DNA of 63,684 bases, filler included, from Nitrospiraceae bacterium (GCA_037442105.1; 3 parts of 3 records of this genome joined end to end with filler, not necessarily neighbours in it); one strand, 5' to 3'. Counted from the whole stretch's first letter, positions 40,141 through 49,778 are shown. The notes: a model not told the origin generated them from the sequence alone. Numbers and translations: made by a program.

Positions 40141-41006
40141 AGATTCATCGCCTCCACGATCGCCAGGATATGGTCTTTGTTGCTGAGCAACAGATCGACG
40201 TCGTTCGGGTAGAGGTTGAGATCGGCGAACACCTGATGGTCTCGGAGCGTTTCCTCATCCATCGTGTCCGGATCGAGCAGATGGATCGCCAGCCGGTCCG
40301 CCAGACAAGTCATCGCGCATTCCTGGCGAAAGGTGGGCGCTTGGTTGTGAATCGTATAGTAAGCGATCGCCTCCGCCACCTGCTTGGGCAGGCCCCACTT
40401 CCCCGCAATCAGGCCACCGACCTTGGCATGGTATCCCTCCAAGAAAACGCTCAGCGTCGGTGGATCGAGCGTCACCCGCAGTTCCTTCGCGAGACCGGCC
40501 ACGGTTCTCAAGATCACCGGCTTGCCGATCGTATGCAGCAGGCCACAGAGGTAGGCGCTCTCGACATTGAAACGCCGCGTCCGGGCGATTTCTTTCGCAT
40601 AGGCGCCGCTGGCCAACGCATGCCGCCAGAGTTGTTTCGCCTCGGCCTCATAGCCGGGCACCTGGAAGGCCCCGGCTTTCAACGACGCGGTAAACGCGAT
40701 CTCCGACAGGAGGCTCATTCCCAGCATCGCGACGGCGTGCTGGAGCGACACGATCGGCGAGCGCGGCATATAGGCCGGCGAGTTGGCGACGCGAAGCATG
40801 TGCGCGGCCAAGGCTTGGTCTTGATGGATCAGTGAAGAAAGCGTGGCGGCGTTCGCGTGGGGATCGTTCACCAGCGCCATGACCTGGCTGGCGACCTGCG
40901 GGAGGAGGGGGAGCTCGATCTCTCCCTTCTCCAACCGCCCGACCAACGGCTGTTCGATCTGCTCGATCACCTTGTGATCGGGCGGCTGACTGACCTCGGT
41001 CTCCAT
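40137..41006 (-). CDS. HDOD domain protein
   Basis: 'LPLLPQVA', 'DQALAAHMLRVANS', 'LWRHAL', 'GLLHTIGK'; ATGA overlap with sthA; start may be 41042. Confidence 0.88.
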   Translation of the reverse strand: METEVSQPPDHKVIEQIEQPLVGRLEKGEIELPLLPQVASQVMALVNDPHANAATLSSLIHQDQALAAHMLRVANSPAYMPRSPIVSLQHAVAMLGMSLLSEIAFTASLKAGAFQVPGYEAEAKQLWRHALASGAYAKEIARTRRFNVESAYLCGLLHTIGKPVILRTVAGLAKELRVTLDPPTLSVFLEGYHAKVGGLIAGKWGLPKQVAEAIAYYTIHNQAPTFRQECAMTCLADRLAIHLLDPDTMDEETLRDHQVFADLNLYPNDVDLLLSNKDHILAIVEAMNL

Positions 41007-41070
41007 AGCGGGCTTGCCCCCTTCGTAGCGCGCATTATTCATGAACGCTTCTGCTGCAACTGCCGGGGAA

Positions 41071-41147
41071 CGAATAGCGAATAGCTGATAGCGAATGGCT
41101 CTGAGCTACTCGCTGCCGGCTACTGGCTATTGGCTCCATGCTATAGG
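41071..41147. repeat. Degenerate heptamer-repeat hairpin
   Basis: (CGAATAG)-like x4 followed by complementary (GCTAyTG)-like x4; near-copy at 49910-49967. Confidence 0.8.
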
Positions 41148-41287
41148 AGCTGCGACCAATCTCTTATCGGCAACTAACGGCCAAAACCTAATAGTGAGGA
41201 GCTTCTCCGGCGACGCCGGTGACAACGTTACACTCGGTGCGCTATGGTAGAACCTTATGGATACCGGTCATTGTTGAGGGAGCGGAC

Positions 41288-42220
41288 ATGGCGCTGAAGT
41301 ATGCGCTCTATCCCGGCTGCGCGGCAAAAGGGGCGACGCCGGAGCTGTATCAGTCCACGATGGCCATCATCGACCGTTTGGGCATCGAGGTTGTGGAACT
41401 GGTTGCGTCCTCCTGCTGCGGAGCCGGTGTGGTGACGGAAGCGGACCCGGATGTGGCGTTAGCCTTGAACGCACGAACCTTTGCCCAGGCTGAACAACTT
41501 GGTCTGGATGTCATGACGATTTGCGGGACCTGCCAGGGCGTGATGGGCGCGGCGAATAAACGACTCAAAACCGAGCCCGGCGTTCTGGAGCGTATCAACG
41601 GGCTGCTCGCTCAGGATGATATCCGTTACGGCGGCGCTGTCCAGGTGAAGCATTTGCTCTGGATCGTGGTTCATGAGGTCGGGTTGAAACGACTTGCAGC
41701 AGAGGTGCAGATTCCGCTGCGGGATTTCCGGATCGCCCCCTTCTACGGTTGCTATATCCTGCGCCCTTCGTGGGATCTCGGCTTCGACGATCCGGAAAAT
41801 CCAACATCGCTTGAGAAAGTCATCAAGGCCTTGGGCGGAGAACCGGTCGCGTACGCGGGGCGCACGAAATGTTGCGGGTTCCCCATCATTCTCGAAAAGG
41901 AAGCGATCGCCGTCGCGATGGCAGGGGCGAACATGAAGGAGGCCAAGGAGGAGGGGGCGGATTTCATGGTGACGCCTTGTCCCCTCTGTCACATGAGCCT
42001 GGATATCTATCAGGAACGGGCTGGTCGGGCGGTGCGGGCGACGCTGAATCTGCCGATTCTTCACCTCCCGCAGTTGATCGGGCTGGCACTCGGGGTCCCG
42101 GCTAAGAACCTGGGTGTCTCACGCCATCTCGTGCCGGTCGATTCGATCGTTCGTACGATAGAGAAGCGGCAAACAAAAAGTGATCAGCTATCAGCGGTCA
42201 GCAGACAGCAACCATCTTGA
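41288..42220 (+). CDS. HdrB / SdhE-type CCG-domain Fe-S protein
   Basis: 'YPGC', 'CCGA', 'CGTC', 'YGCY', 'KCCG', 'TPCPLC' (two CCG domains). Confidence 0.88.
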   Translation: MALKYALYPGCAAKGATPELYQSTMAIIDRLGIEVVELVASSCCGAGVVTEADPDVALALNARTFAQAEQLGLDVMTICGTCQGVMGAANKRLKTEPGVLERINGLLAQDDIRYGGAVQVKHLLWIVVHEVGLKRLAAEVQIPLRDFRIAPFYGCYILRPSWDLGFDDPENPTSLEKVIKALGGEPVAYAGRTKCCGFPIILEKEAIAVAMAGANMKEAKEEGADFMVTPCPLCHMSLDIYQERAGRAVRATLNLPILHLPQLIGLALGVPAKNLGVSRHLVPVDSIVRTIEKRQTKSDQLSAVSRQQPS

Positions 42221-42245
42221 GGCTGAGAGCTGAACGCTGACAGCT
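42183..42245. repeat. Degenerate heptamer-repeat hairpin
   Basis: ATCAGCT ATCAGCG GTCAGCA GACAGCA ... GCTGAGA GCTGAAC GCTGACA; overlaps the 3' end of the HdrB-like gene. Confidence 0.8.
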
Positions 42246-42270
42246 CATGAGCTGGGAGGATTGCAAAGAG

Positions 42271-42588
42271 ATGAAGGTGATCAATATTTCTGATTATCAG
42301 CAATTTAGCTCGGAAAAGATGAAGAAGAACAACATCTTTCAGACGGAGCGATTTTTCTGCGACGTCTACTGCTTCGAGCCGGGCCAGGAGCAGAAAGGCC
42401 ATGTCCACGGGGAACAAGACAAAGTTTATATTGTGTTGGACGGGCAGGGGACTTTTCAGGTCGGGAACGAGAAGCAGACGCTAGGGCCAGGGCAGGGGAC
42501 GATAGCGCCGGCCGGCGAAGAACACGGTGTCAGGAATCACACGAGCCAGCGATTGAAAGTGTTGGTGTTCGTGGCCCCGAATCCCTAG
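42271..42588 (+). CDS. Cupin domain protein
   Basis: 'FEPGQEQKGHVH', 'APAGEEHGVRN'. Confidence 0.88.
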   Translation: MKVINISDYQQFSSEKMKKNNIFQTERFFCDVYCFEPGQEQKGHVHGEQDKVYIVLDGQGTFQVGNEKQTLGPGQGTIAPAGEEHGVRNHTSQRLKVLVFVAPNP

Positions 42589-42592
42589 TGGC

Positions 42593-42654
42593 CAAGCGAA
42601 CAGCGACTAGTTCAGAGCGACCGGCTGTTCGCTGCTTGCTGTTCGCTATCGGCT
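42593..42654. repeat. Degenerate heptamer-repeat hairpin between convergent genes
   Basis: CAAGCGA ACAGCGA ... AGAGCGA / GGCTGTT CGCTGCT TGCTGTT CGCTATC. Confidence 0.75.
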
Positions 42655-42659
42655 CTGCG

Positions 42660-43430
42660 CTACCTGCCGGTTTGAAGCGGAGCCGTCACACTGATCGCGC
42701 CGGCCAGATCGCCTTCTTTCGCCCCTTCCTTCGGATAACCGGAGATATCGAGCTCGCCTTTCGGTTCCCCGTGACACTTCAGACAATCCTTGACGTAGTA
42801 AATCGGCATCACCACTCTCAGGGTCCGGCCCTCTTCTGTCAGTTCACTGACATAGGCTTCGCTCCGCGGTCGTCCGGCCAGCCATCTTAGAACCGAGGCC
42901 TCATATTCGTCGGGGTCGTTCTTGGGATTCCTGGGTTGCAACGTCGTCTGCTTCAACTGGACGTGCGATCGTTTGGAGAATCGTGCCGCCGTCTGACTCC
43001 CATAGGTGGCGGGGATAAAATTCTTGTAGCCGATCCCTCGCTGATTGATGACCACCTGGGCGTCGTTTACCACTTCTTTGCTGGCCTGGACCAACGCCGA
43101 GAGCAGTTGTCTGGCTAGTGGAGGAAGAAGAATCGACGGCGGCGTCCTGTCCATCGCGGACAGGTCAATGCCGGTTCTTTGCCGAAATTCCCGGATGAGC
43201 TGCTGCTCAAAGACCTCCGGTGTGAAGCCCTTGTCTCCTCGATGGGGGTCATCAATCAAGGTCTGATTTTGTTCGATCACCAGCCGCCCTGACTGGAGCA
43301 ATTTGGCCAAGAGGCGGGCGGTTTCTTCCGCCTCCGCACGTTCGACCGCCCAGGTCCATCCCACCGTCGCGCACTCTACGACACACGTCATTACCGCTCC
43401 GACCGCCAGTCTCATCCAGACCGTTTTCAT
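42660..43430 (-). CDS. DUF3365 (Tll0287-like) periplasmic c-type heme protein
   Basis: Signal peptide, 'PRNPKNDPDEYE', CxxCH 'CLKCHG', 'GDLAGAISV'. Confidence 0.85.
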   Translation of the reverse strand: MKTVWMRLAVGAVMTCVVECATVGWTWAVERAEAEETARLLAKLLQSGRLVIEQNQTLIDDPHRGDKGFTPEVFEQQLIREFRQRTGIDLSAMDRTPPSILLPPLARQLLSALVQASKEVVNDAQVVINQRGIGYKNFIPATYGSQTAARFSKRSHVQLKQTTLQPRNPKNDPDEYEASVLRWLAGRPRSEAYVSELTEEGRTLRVVMPIYYVKDCLKCHGEPKGELDISGYPKEGAKEGDLAGAISVTAPLQTGR

Positions 43431-43449
43431 AGAGCCTCCGTACTGACTG

Positions 43450-44448
43450 TCAGCGACCGGGTACGATCCGACAGGCGCCTTGGTCGTAGTGTTGAGCCAT
43501 GTTTTCTGCGGCGAAGGGGAGCCCCTCGGTCGCCGCTCGTCGTGGGTAGGCGTACGTTTCTTCGAACCAACGCTGTCGCATCTCGGCGAGTCGGCCGGAT
43601 TCATGCAGCCGAAACAAGACGCCGTTCACGAACCGTCGCAAGGCATAGTTCTCCTCAGCCATCACCACGGCGTAATGTTCTTGTGTCAGCAGTAACGGTC
43701 TCTGGCCATCCGACATGAGTTGCTGCCAACTTTTTCGCACGAAGGTCACGATGTAGTGGAGCACGGGCTGTCTCCCCAAAATCACGTCAATCACCGGGTC
43801 TTGTGATTCGAAGGCCGCCGGCAGCGAGTCACAAAGGACCAGCTTGATACCAGAGAGGTGCGCTTCGGCGTAGAACTGAGCGCTGGTTCCTTGTTGCACC
43901 GCGACAGTCAACCCGGCCAGCGCCTGTCGGAGTGCCGCCGGTTCATACGGCTTTGCCGACTGCCCGCGCAGTTGCGCCCACACACGTTCTCGGACCTCAG
44001 ACCCGGCCACAATGCCGCCGATCCCGCCGTCGTAAAAATAGGGAGTCGAATAGGCCAGCCCGCTCCGCCCTGGGACCGGGACATTCGCGCTGGTGGCCGA
44101 GACGAACAAATCCAGTTTGCTCTCATTCAACAGGACAAACAAATCGCGATACCGAACCAGGTGCAGGACCGGGACGATCGGTTCATTTCCACAATGCTTG
44201 GACAGCGCCGAAGTGAGCTCCTGAATGAGCTCGACATCCAGGCCCGTCACCCGCAGCCCCTCATCGGTAAAGGTCGCGGGAAACACGAAGGGTCGAAACG
44301 GTTCCACCGCGATCCCGACCTGCACTTTCCTGCGCGCGCAGATTGCTTGAACTTCATCGGTCGTGAGAGGACGGACAAGCTGAACGGCATCGATCACCAA
44401 CCCGCAGCCTTGAAGCAACAGGATCATCAGGAAGATGACGAGCCGCAT
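43450..44448 (-). CDS. Substrate-binding protein (family 3-like), probable lipoprotein
   Basis: Lipobox 'LQGC', 'TGLDVEL', 'YSTPY', 'VAVQQGTS', 'SGRLAEMRQRWF'. Confidence 0.8.
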   Translation of the reverse strand: MRLVIFLMILLLQGCGLVIDAVQLVRPLTTDEVQAICARRKVQVGIAVEPFRPFVFPATFTDEGLRVTGLDVELIQELTSALSKHCGNEPIVPVLHLVRYRDLFVLLNESKLDLFVSATSANVPVPGRSGLAYSTPYFYDGGIGGIVAGSEVRERVWAQLRGQSAKPYEPAALRQALAGLTVAVQQGTSAQFYAEAHLSGIKLVLCDSLPAAFESQDPVIDVILGRQPVLHYIVTFVRKSWQQLMSDGQRPLLLTQEHYAVVMAEENYALRRFVNGVLFRLHESGRLAEMRQRWFEETYAYPRRAATEGLPFAAENMAQHYDQGACRIVPGR

Positions 44449-44462
44449 GGGGAGCGTACCCC

Positions 44463-45038
44463 TCAAAATCGGACGCCCGACAGAAATATCCATTGTTGGG
44501 CCAAGCCCCCTTGCCCGCGGAACTCTACCTTGAATTCCGTGTATTGCATGCTGAAATCTACGGCGATCCCCTGGGCGACCGGAAAGCGTACCCCGATCTG
44601 GCCTCCGTACAATTCTCCCGGACGATCCCCGGGGCCCGGCAGCACCATCCCACCGATGGCACCCACGTAAGGAATCGCACGGTCCTCTAGCGGCCCGAAC
44701 AAGACATGACGGATCACGCGGTTGATCGGCATGGCTTTGGGAAAATCGAGGATATCGATGAAGTTGTTCCAGCGAGGATTGAGAAAGGTTGAATGCTGAT
44801 CGGTTTTGTCGCCCTCCGTATGGATGCTGAAGAATTGGTAGGTGTGCCGTACCTCCAAATTGCCGTACCGGATGGCCGTGTACCCGATTTGGACGCCGAT
44901 CTCACGATCATTGGGGGCGAACGATTGCTGGCGGACGGCGACATCGAAGTTGATCGGTCGGACCGGAAACAGCTCGAGAACCGCCTCCTGCGCCCCGACA
45001 ACGGTCGGCATGAACAACGAGAGCAGAGCCGCCATGAT
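44463..45038 (-). CDS. Small outer-membrane beta-barrel protein
   Basis: Signal peptide, 'IPYVGAIGG', 'YGGQIGVRF', C-terminal 'GVRF' Phe signature; start could be 45101. Confidence 0.7.
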   Translation of the reverse strand: MMAALLSLFMPTVVGAQEAVLELFPVRPINFDVAVRQQSFAPNDREIGVQIGYTAIRYGNLEVRHTYQFFSIHTEGDKTDQHSTFLNPRWNNFIDILDFPKAMPINRVIRHVLFGPLEDRAIPYVGAIGGMVLPGPGDRPGELYGGQIGVRFPVAQGIAVDFSMQYTEFKVEFRGQGGLAQQWIFLSGVRF

Positions 45039-45256
45039 CCATCGCTTGCCGGTCTGAATGAAGGCGGGCCGAGACCCATGATGGAGCCGACCGTGAGTCA
45101 ACCGTGAATCCTCCTGGTTGACGACAGGGCTTCAGGACGCGTAGTGACGCAGCAGCATCCGACAAGGTTTGACATGCGCGGAGTGAGAAGGCAGCCCGAG
45201 GATACCGATACGGTCGGCTGGCCCGCAAGCGGCCCCCCCGACGAGACAGGCGTGCA

Positions 45257-46234
45257 CTATTGAGCCGGTTTCGGAGCGATCTCCCAGGGAACCATCGGCA
45301 TCAGCGGGGACGGCTTGGCTTCCGGCGAAGCCAACAACACGGCAATGGCTCCGCGCAACGCGCCGGTCAACGAGTGGGTCACCAGCGGGTAGGCACCGGC
45401 GGATTCCACGACTACGTCGAACGTGGCCGCGCTGCCCGGGCCCACGACGTAGGTTTGCACACCCTTCAGATTATTGGCCGGGTTGCCGCTCTCATAGACA
45501 TTGTCCCAGATCTCGCCGATCGGATGGAACGCGGAAAATTCGCTGGGGCCTGCATTGACGAAAAAGATCCGCACACGCTCGCCGGGCTTTGCATCGAGTT
45601 TCCCACCGCCGGTCACGAAGGGATGGTACTTGAAGATGCCTCCGTTGAAGATCACGTTGTCGAACTTCCGATCGAACATGGCCTGCACATCGTCCGGGTT
45701 CTTGAAGAACTCGGATTGAATCAATACATATTCGCGATCGGCTTTCGGCCAGGCTTTGGCGCTTTTCGGGTCCACGATGATCGCCCCGAACATCCCGCGC
45801 GCGACGTGTTGGATCATGGGCGGCGCGCCGCAGTGATAGAAGAATATCCCCGGCTTCTTGGCGACGAATGTGTAGCTGATGGTTTCGCCGGGGTTGATCG
45901 CTTTGTAGTTCTTGAGGAAATCAATCTCGGCTGCATGGAAATCCATGGCATGGGCCGCTTTGTTCGTCGCCGGGTTCGTGAGAGTGAACTTCACGGTGTC
46001 TCCCTCCGTCACGCGAACCACCGGACCGGGAAATTGCCCGTTGAACGTCCAGGCAGCATATTTCTCTCCGTTTCCTTCAACCACGACGTCGCCCTCGACG
46101 GCCGTCATCTGGACTTCATGGGTCTTGGCCGAAGCGGGAAGAACTGCGCCCATCACCAACCACGTTGCGATGCCCATCATTCCTGCAAACAGGTATGCTC
46201 TCTCCAAGCCGCTGCGCATGCTCAGATGTGTCAT
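45257..46234 (-). CDS. nirK: Copper-containing nitrite reductase
   Basis: 'HAMDFH' (Cu ligands plus catalytic Asp), 'YHC...HVARGM' (type 1 Cu), 'FHPIG' (catalytic His), 'VTHS' (type 2 Cu); signal peptide. Confidence 0.92.
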   Translation of the reverse strand: MTHLSMRSGLERAYLFAGMMGIATWLVMGAVLPASAKTHEVQMTAVEGDVVVEGNGEKYAAWTFNGQFPGPVVRVTEGDTVKFTLTNPATNKAAHAMDFHAAEIDFLKNYKAINPGETISYTFVAKKPGIFFYHCGAPPMIQHVARGMFGAIIVDPKSAKAWPKADREYVLIQSEFFKNPDDVQAMFDRKFDNVIFNGGIFKYHPFVTGGGKLDAKPGERVRIFFVNAGPSEFSAFHPIGEIWDNVYESGNPANNLKGVQTYVVGPGSAATFDVVVESAGAYPLVTHSLTGALRGAIAVLLASPEAKPSPLMPMVPWEIAPKPAQ

Positions 46235-46318
46235 CTTTTGTCCCTCCGTTTAACAGTGTGTCGATTGGTGGCGTGTTTCCCCGAGTCATGGGAAAACCGT
46301 CTGTCTCGAACCGAGAGG

Positions 46319-46360
46319 AGGATAGGCTAGTCCATAGCTTGAAACTATGACATTTATCAT
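46319..46360 (-). promoter_or_regulatory. Putative Crp/Fnr-dependent class II promoter of nirK
   Basis: ATGAT-AAAT-GTCAT near-palindrome (46347-46360) resembling TTGAT-N4-ATCAA, centred about -41.5 relative to a TATCCT -10 (46319-46324). Confidence 0.6.
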
Positions 46361-46401
46361 GTTTTGGTAAACGCGCGACCGGCCGGAAGTGAAGAGGAGG
46401 A

Positions 46402-47130
46402 TCAAGCCGATGCGAGCTGCTTGAGCCCGGACAGGTTTTTGATGATGAGACGGCTTGCGGTTCCTGACACCAGCCGCTCACGATTAAATCGAGCCATGAT
46501 GCGAATGGCGGTTTCCGTGGTCACACCGACCATGTTGGCCATATCCTGTCGCGTCAGTCGCACGGTGAGGCGAATCCCTTGGGGATCTTTGACGCCGCTG
46601 CGCTCGACCAGATCGACAAGAAGAGAGGCGAGCCGCTGATCCGCGCGATCCAAGGCGAGAATCTTGGCTTTCTCCTGGACCTCGTTCAATCGATTCCCCA
46701 GGTACTTGATGACCTCGATTGCAGCGTCCGGATTCCGCTTCAGCATCTCGAAGTAGGCTTTCTTGCTCATCCGGAGAATACTGACATCTCCCATCGGTTG
46801 GGCGGTACCGGGGTGACAGGCGCCGTCGAACACCGCGGCTTCGCAGCAGAAGAGATCGCCCGGCATTAATACTTTGAGCGTGCATTCCTTTCCGCCGGCA
46901 GAAGATTTCACGCACTTGACCGCCCCTTCTTTGAGGATGTGAAAGTATTCGGTCGGCTCGCCTTCCCGGAAGATGCACTCGCCTTTTCCGTAACGGGCTT
47001 CGGTGAGTTCGCGCAACATCGCTAAGCGATCTTGCCCGCGGAGGAAGTTGAACAGGGGAATCTGCTTGAGAATATCCGGCGGGTTCGCCGCCGCGTGATT
47101 ACTTGGCGACTTGTTTGGCTGCTTCGACAA
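46402..47130 (-). CDS. Crp/Fnr family transcriptional regulator
   Basis: 'IPLF', cNMP-like barrel 'IFREGE...GAVK', HTH 'LTRQDMANMVGVTTETAIRIM'; TTG start overlapping tkt is uncertain. Confidence 0.9.
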   Translation of the reverse strand: MSKQPNKSPSNHAAANPPDILKQIPLFNFLRGQDRLAMLRELTEARYGKGECIFREGEPTEYFHILKEGAVKCVKSSAGGKECTLKVLMPGDLFCCEAAVFDGACHPGTAQPMGDVSILRMSKKAYFEMLKRNPDAAIEVIKYLGNRLNEVQEKAKILALDRADQRLASLLVDLVERSGVKDPQGIRLTVRLTRQDMANMVGVTTETAIRIMARFNRERLVSGTASRLIIKNLSGLKQLASA

Positions 47131-48961
47131 TGGACCTCGCCCCGATGCCAAAATGGTCAACCAGTTCCTCAGGTTTCCCGCTGTGGGGAATCTCGCGCAC
47201 CGCCAGCTTGTGCACGCGAATCCCCTCGGAACCCAACGCGCCGAGCACTGCATCGCCGATTCCGCCGTGCGCGTAGTGATCCTCGACCGTCAAGACCCGC
47301 CCTCCCGTCGCTCTGGCGCTATCCATCAAGGTTGCCTTATCAATCGGGGCCACACTGTAGAGATCAATCACGCGTGTGGAGATACCGGCGGTTTTCAACT
47401 GATCGTGCGCCTTGAGTGCTTCGAACAACGTGACACCGGCAGCCACGATGGTCAGCACATCGGACGGACTTTGACGTACGACCTTACAGCCGCCGATATG
47501 GAACCGTTCGTCGTTCCCATACAGGACCGGTGATTTTGGACGGCCTGCGCGAATATAGACCATCCCGCGGTGAGCCGCCGCCGCTTCCACCAGCCTATAC
47601 GTGGAGACCGCATCGGACGGGTAAAGGACCACGACGCCGGGCTGAACCGCCATCATCGCGATATCTTCCAGTCCCATCTGCGACGGTCCATCTTCGCCGA
47701 TACTGACGCCGACGTGGGTCCCGACCAGCTTGATGTTGGATTGACTGATCGCCGCCATGCGGATGAAATCGTACGCTCGGGTTAAGAAGCAGGCGAACGT
47801 CGCGACGAATGGAATTTTGCCGCAGGCCGCCAGTCCGACTGCTGCACCGACCATATTCTGCTCGGCGATAAAATTTTCGAAGAACCGGTCGGGGAATTTC
47901 TTGCCGAACTTGTCCGTGAAGGTCGAGTTTTTTACATCCGCATCCAATCCAACGACGGAGGGATTGACGTCGCCCAAGGCAACCAAGGCTGCGCCAAAGG
48001 CCTCGCGCGTCGCAACGGAGTCCGTCGGCTTGTAAGGTGGGGACGCCATCGTTCCTGCAGGCTTCGGCTCAGTAGCGAGCGCCGCCGGCTTCTTGATTTG
48101 GGGCTCGCTCGCTCCCGGTTTGAGCTGGCGCGTCAACTCCTCGATGGCTTTCTGGGCCTCCTCGCCCTTCTTCAGCGCCTTCCCATGCCAATCAGGATGG
48201 TTTTCCACGAAGGAAATGCCGCGCCCTTTGAAGGTCTGCGCCAACAACACGGTCGGCTTCCCTTTGGTTCTGGCCGCTTCATCAAACGCCGCCAGCAGAG
48301 CCGTGACGTCGTGCCCGTCCACGACGATGGCGTGCCAGCCGAATCCGCTCCAGCGCGACCGATAACTCGCCATGTCGTGCTGGAGCATCGTGGGATCACT
48401 TTGGCCCAGGCGATTCACATCCACGATGGCGCACAAATTATCGAGCGCGTAGTGCCGCGCCACCTCGACCGCTTCCCACACGGACCCCTCCACGGACTCG
48501 CCATCGCCCATCAACACGTACGTACGATAGTCGGTCCTGTCGACGGACTTTGCGTTTAGCGCCATGCCCACTCCGGCCGACAAGCCTTGGCCGAGCGACC
48601 CGGTTGCCACATCAACGAAGGGGAGGCGGGGGGTTGGATGGCCTTCAAGGTCCGACGTGAGCGTCCGCAACTTGAGCAAGTCGGCTTTAGAGAACAAACC
48701 GGCCTCTGCCCAGGCCGCATACAACAACGGCGCCGCGTGACCTTTCGACAAGACAAACCGATCGTGATTGGGCGCTTTGGGATTTTTCGGGTCGTATCGC
48801 ATGACCGAGAAGAAGAGCGTCGCCACGATATCTGCGGCGGAGCAACAACTCGACGGATGTCCGCTCCCAGCCTCCGTGGTTGCACGGACGCTTTCGATGC
48901 GGAGAGTGGTCGCCTTGTTCTGCAACATGGCCACCAAGTCAGGTGCGGCGGGGGAACCCAT
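47099..48961 (-). CDS. tkt: Transketolase (single chain)
   Basis: 'GSGHP', 'DRFVLSKGH', 'LEGHPTP', ThDP motif 'GDGESVEG', 'GEDGPSQM'. Confidence 0.95.
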   Translation of the reverse strand: MGSPAAPDLVAMLQNKATTLRIESVRATTEAGSGHPSSCCSAADIVATLFFSVMRYDPKNPKAPNHDRFVLSKGHAAPLLYAAWAEAGLFSKADLLKLRTLTSDLEGHPTPRLPFVDVATGSLGQGLSAGVGMALNAKSVDRTDYRTYVLMGDGESVEGSVWEAVEVARHYALDNLCAIVDVNRLGQSDPTMLQHDMASYRSRWSGFGWHAIVVDGHDVTALLAAFDEAARTKGKPTVLLAQTFKGRGISFVENHPDWHGKALKKGEEAQKAIEELTRQLKPGASEPQIKKPAALATEPKPAGTMASPPYKPTDSVATREAFGAALVALGDVNPSVVGLDADVKNSTFTDKFGKKFPDRFFENFIAEQNMVGAAVGLAACGKIPFVATFACFLTRAYDFIRMAAISQSNIKLVGTHVGVSIGEDGPSQMGLEDIAMMAVQPGVVVLYPSDAVSTYRLVEAAAAHRGMVYIRAGRPKSPVLYGNDERFHIGGCKVVRQSPSDVLTIVAAGVTLFEALKAHDQLKTAGISTRVIDLYSVAPIDKATLMDSARATGGRVLTVEDHYAHGGIGDAVLGALGSEGIRVHKLAVREIPHSGKPEELVDHFGIGARSIVEAAKQVAK

Positions 48962-49137
48962 ATCGACTCCTTTCAGATCGGTCAGGAATGGCTGTTGAGC
49001 GAATCAGCGTACCGTGTGAAGGCGATGTACATGAGCGCCACGAGGCTAACAAAACAAATCGGGGTGAGTCAATGAACCGCTTTTCCCGCCCCTCAGTCCA
49101 CTTCCTCGGTTTTCTCGAGCGTGAACTTTACCCGCCT

Positions 49138-49515
49138 TTACGGCTTCGTGGCGCTCACTTCCTCGGAGTATCCACTCTCAAGTCCGCTGGTGTTGTAGGC
49201 AGTTACGGCAAAGTAGTAGGCCGTTCCCCGTTGGAGGTCGCCAACAGTGTATTCGGTGCTTTCCCCCACATTGAGGGACCAAGGGTAAGCCCCGGATTGA
49301 GATCGAGACTGAGTCCCGTAATATATCTTGTACCCTTGGACGTCCGGATCGACGACCGGGTCCCAGCTCAACGTGGCGGTTGCGGTCGTGGCTCCGACAG
49401 TTGTCGTCACACCCGGCCCTCCTTCGTTTCCGTTTCCACATGCAGCCAGCGACCCCATCAATATGGCCAGCAGCATGGCAAGTCCGATGGCAACTTCGGT
49501 GCGAGAACACGACAT
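49138..49515 (-). CDS. Fibronectin type III domain lipoprotein
   Basis: Lipobox 'LAAC'; FN3 'LSWDP...GYKIYYG...YYFAVTAYN..GLES'. Confidence 0.85.
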   Translation of the reverse strand: MSCSRTEVAIGLAMLLAILMGSLAACGNGNEGGPGVTTTVGATTATATLSWDPVVDPDVQGYKIYYGTQSRSQSGAYPWSLNVGESTEYTVGDLQRGTAYYFAVTAYNTSGLESGYSEEVSATKP

Positions 49516-49565
49516 GCTTTCCTCCAACCTATTCTTTACGACGAACCGTTTCATGGTTGTTCACC

Positions 49566-49730
49566 TCAGCTTGCAGAGGGCCGATCATTGTTACGACTCG
49601 GCTTATCTTGCCGCTGATTCCTTTCCGTCTCGTTTGGAGAAAACGACTCTGGGGTTCCGCCAGAAGAGGCCGTGCCTGAACCAAGACTCAATGCGACCGC
49701 TAAGGTGATCAGTCCAACGAAGAATGCCAT
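49566..49730 (-). CDS. Putative 54-aa secreted peptide
   Basis: AGGAGG RBS, signal-like hydrophobic N-terminus MAFFVGLITLAVALSLG, directly behind a sigma54-type promoter. Confidence 0.45.
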   Translation of the reverse strand: MAFFVGLITLAVALSLGSGTASSGGTPESFSPNETERNQRQDKPSRNNDRPSAS

Positions 49731-49778
49731 ATCAACCCTCCTGTAACCAGATTGCTGCCTCTTCGGATGAAGAATCTC

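Noticed and set aside
41071..41147. Short repeats as a possible CRISPR array
   Set aside because: Units are 7 nt, tandem and degenerate with no unique spacers; no cas genes in the window
41288..42220. HdrB-like gene as evidence of methanogen-type heterodisulfide metabolism
   Set aside because: No hdrA or hdrC adjacent; CCG-domain proteins also serve as SdhE-type anchors in bacteria
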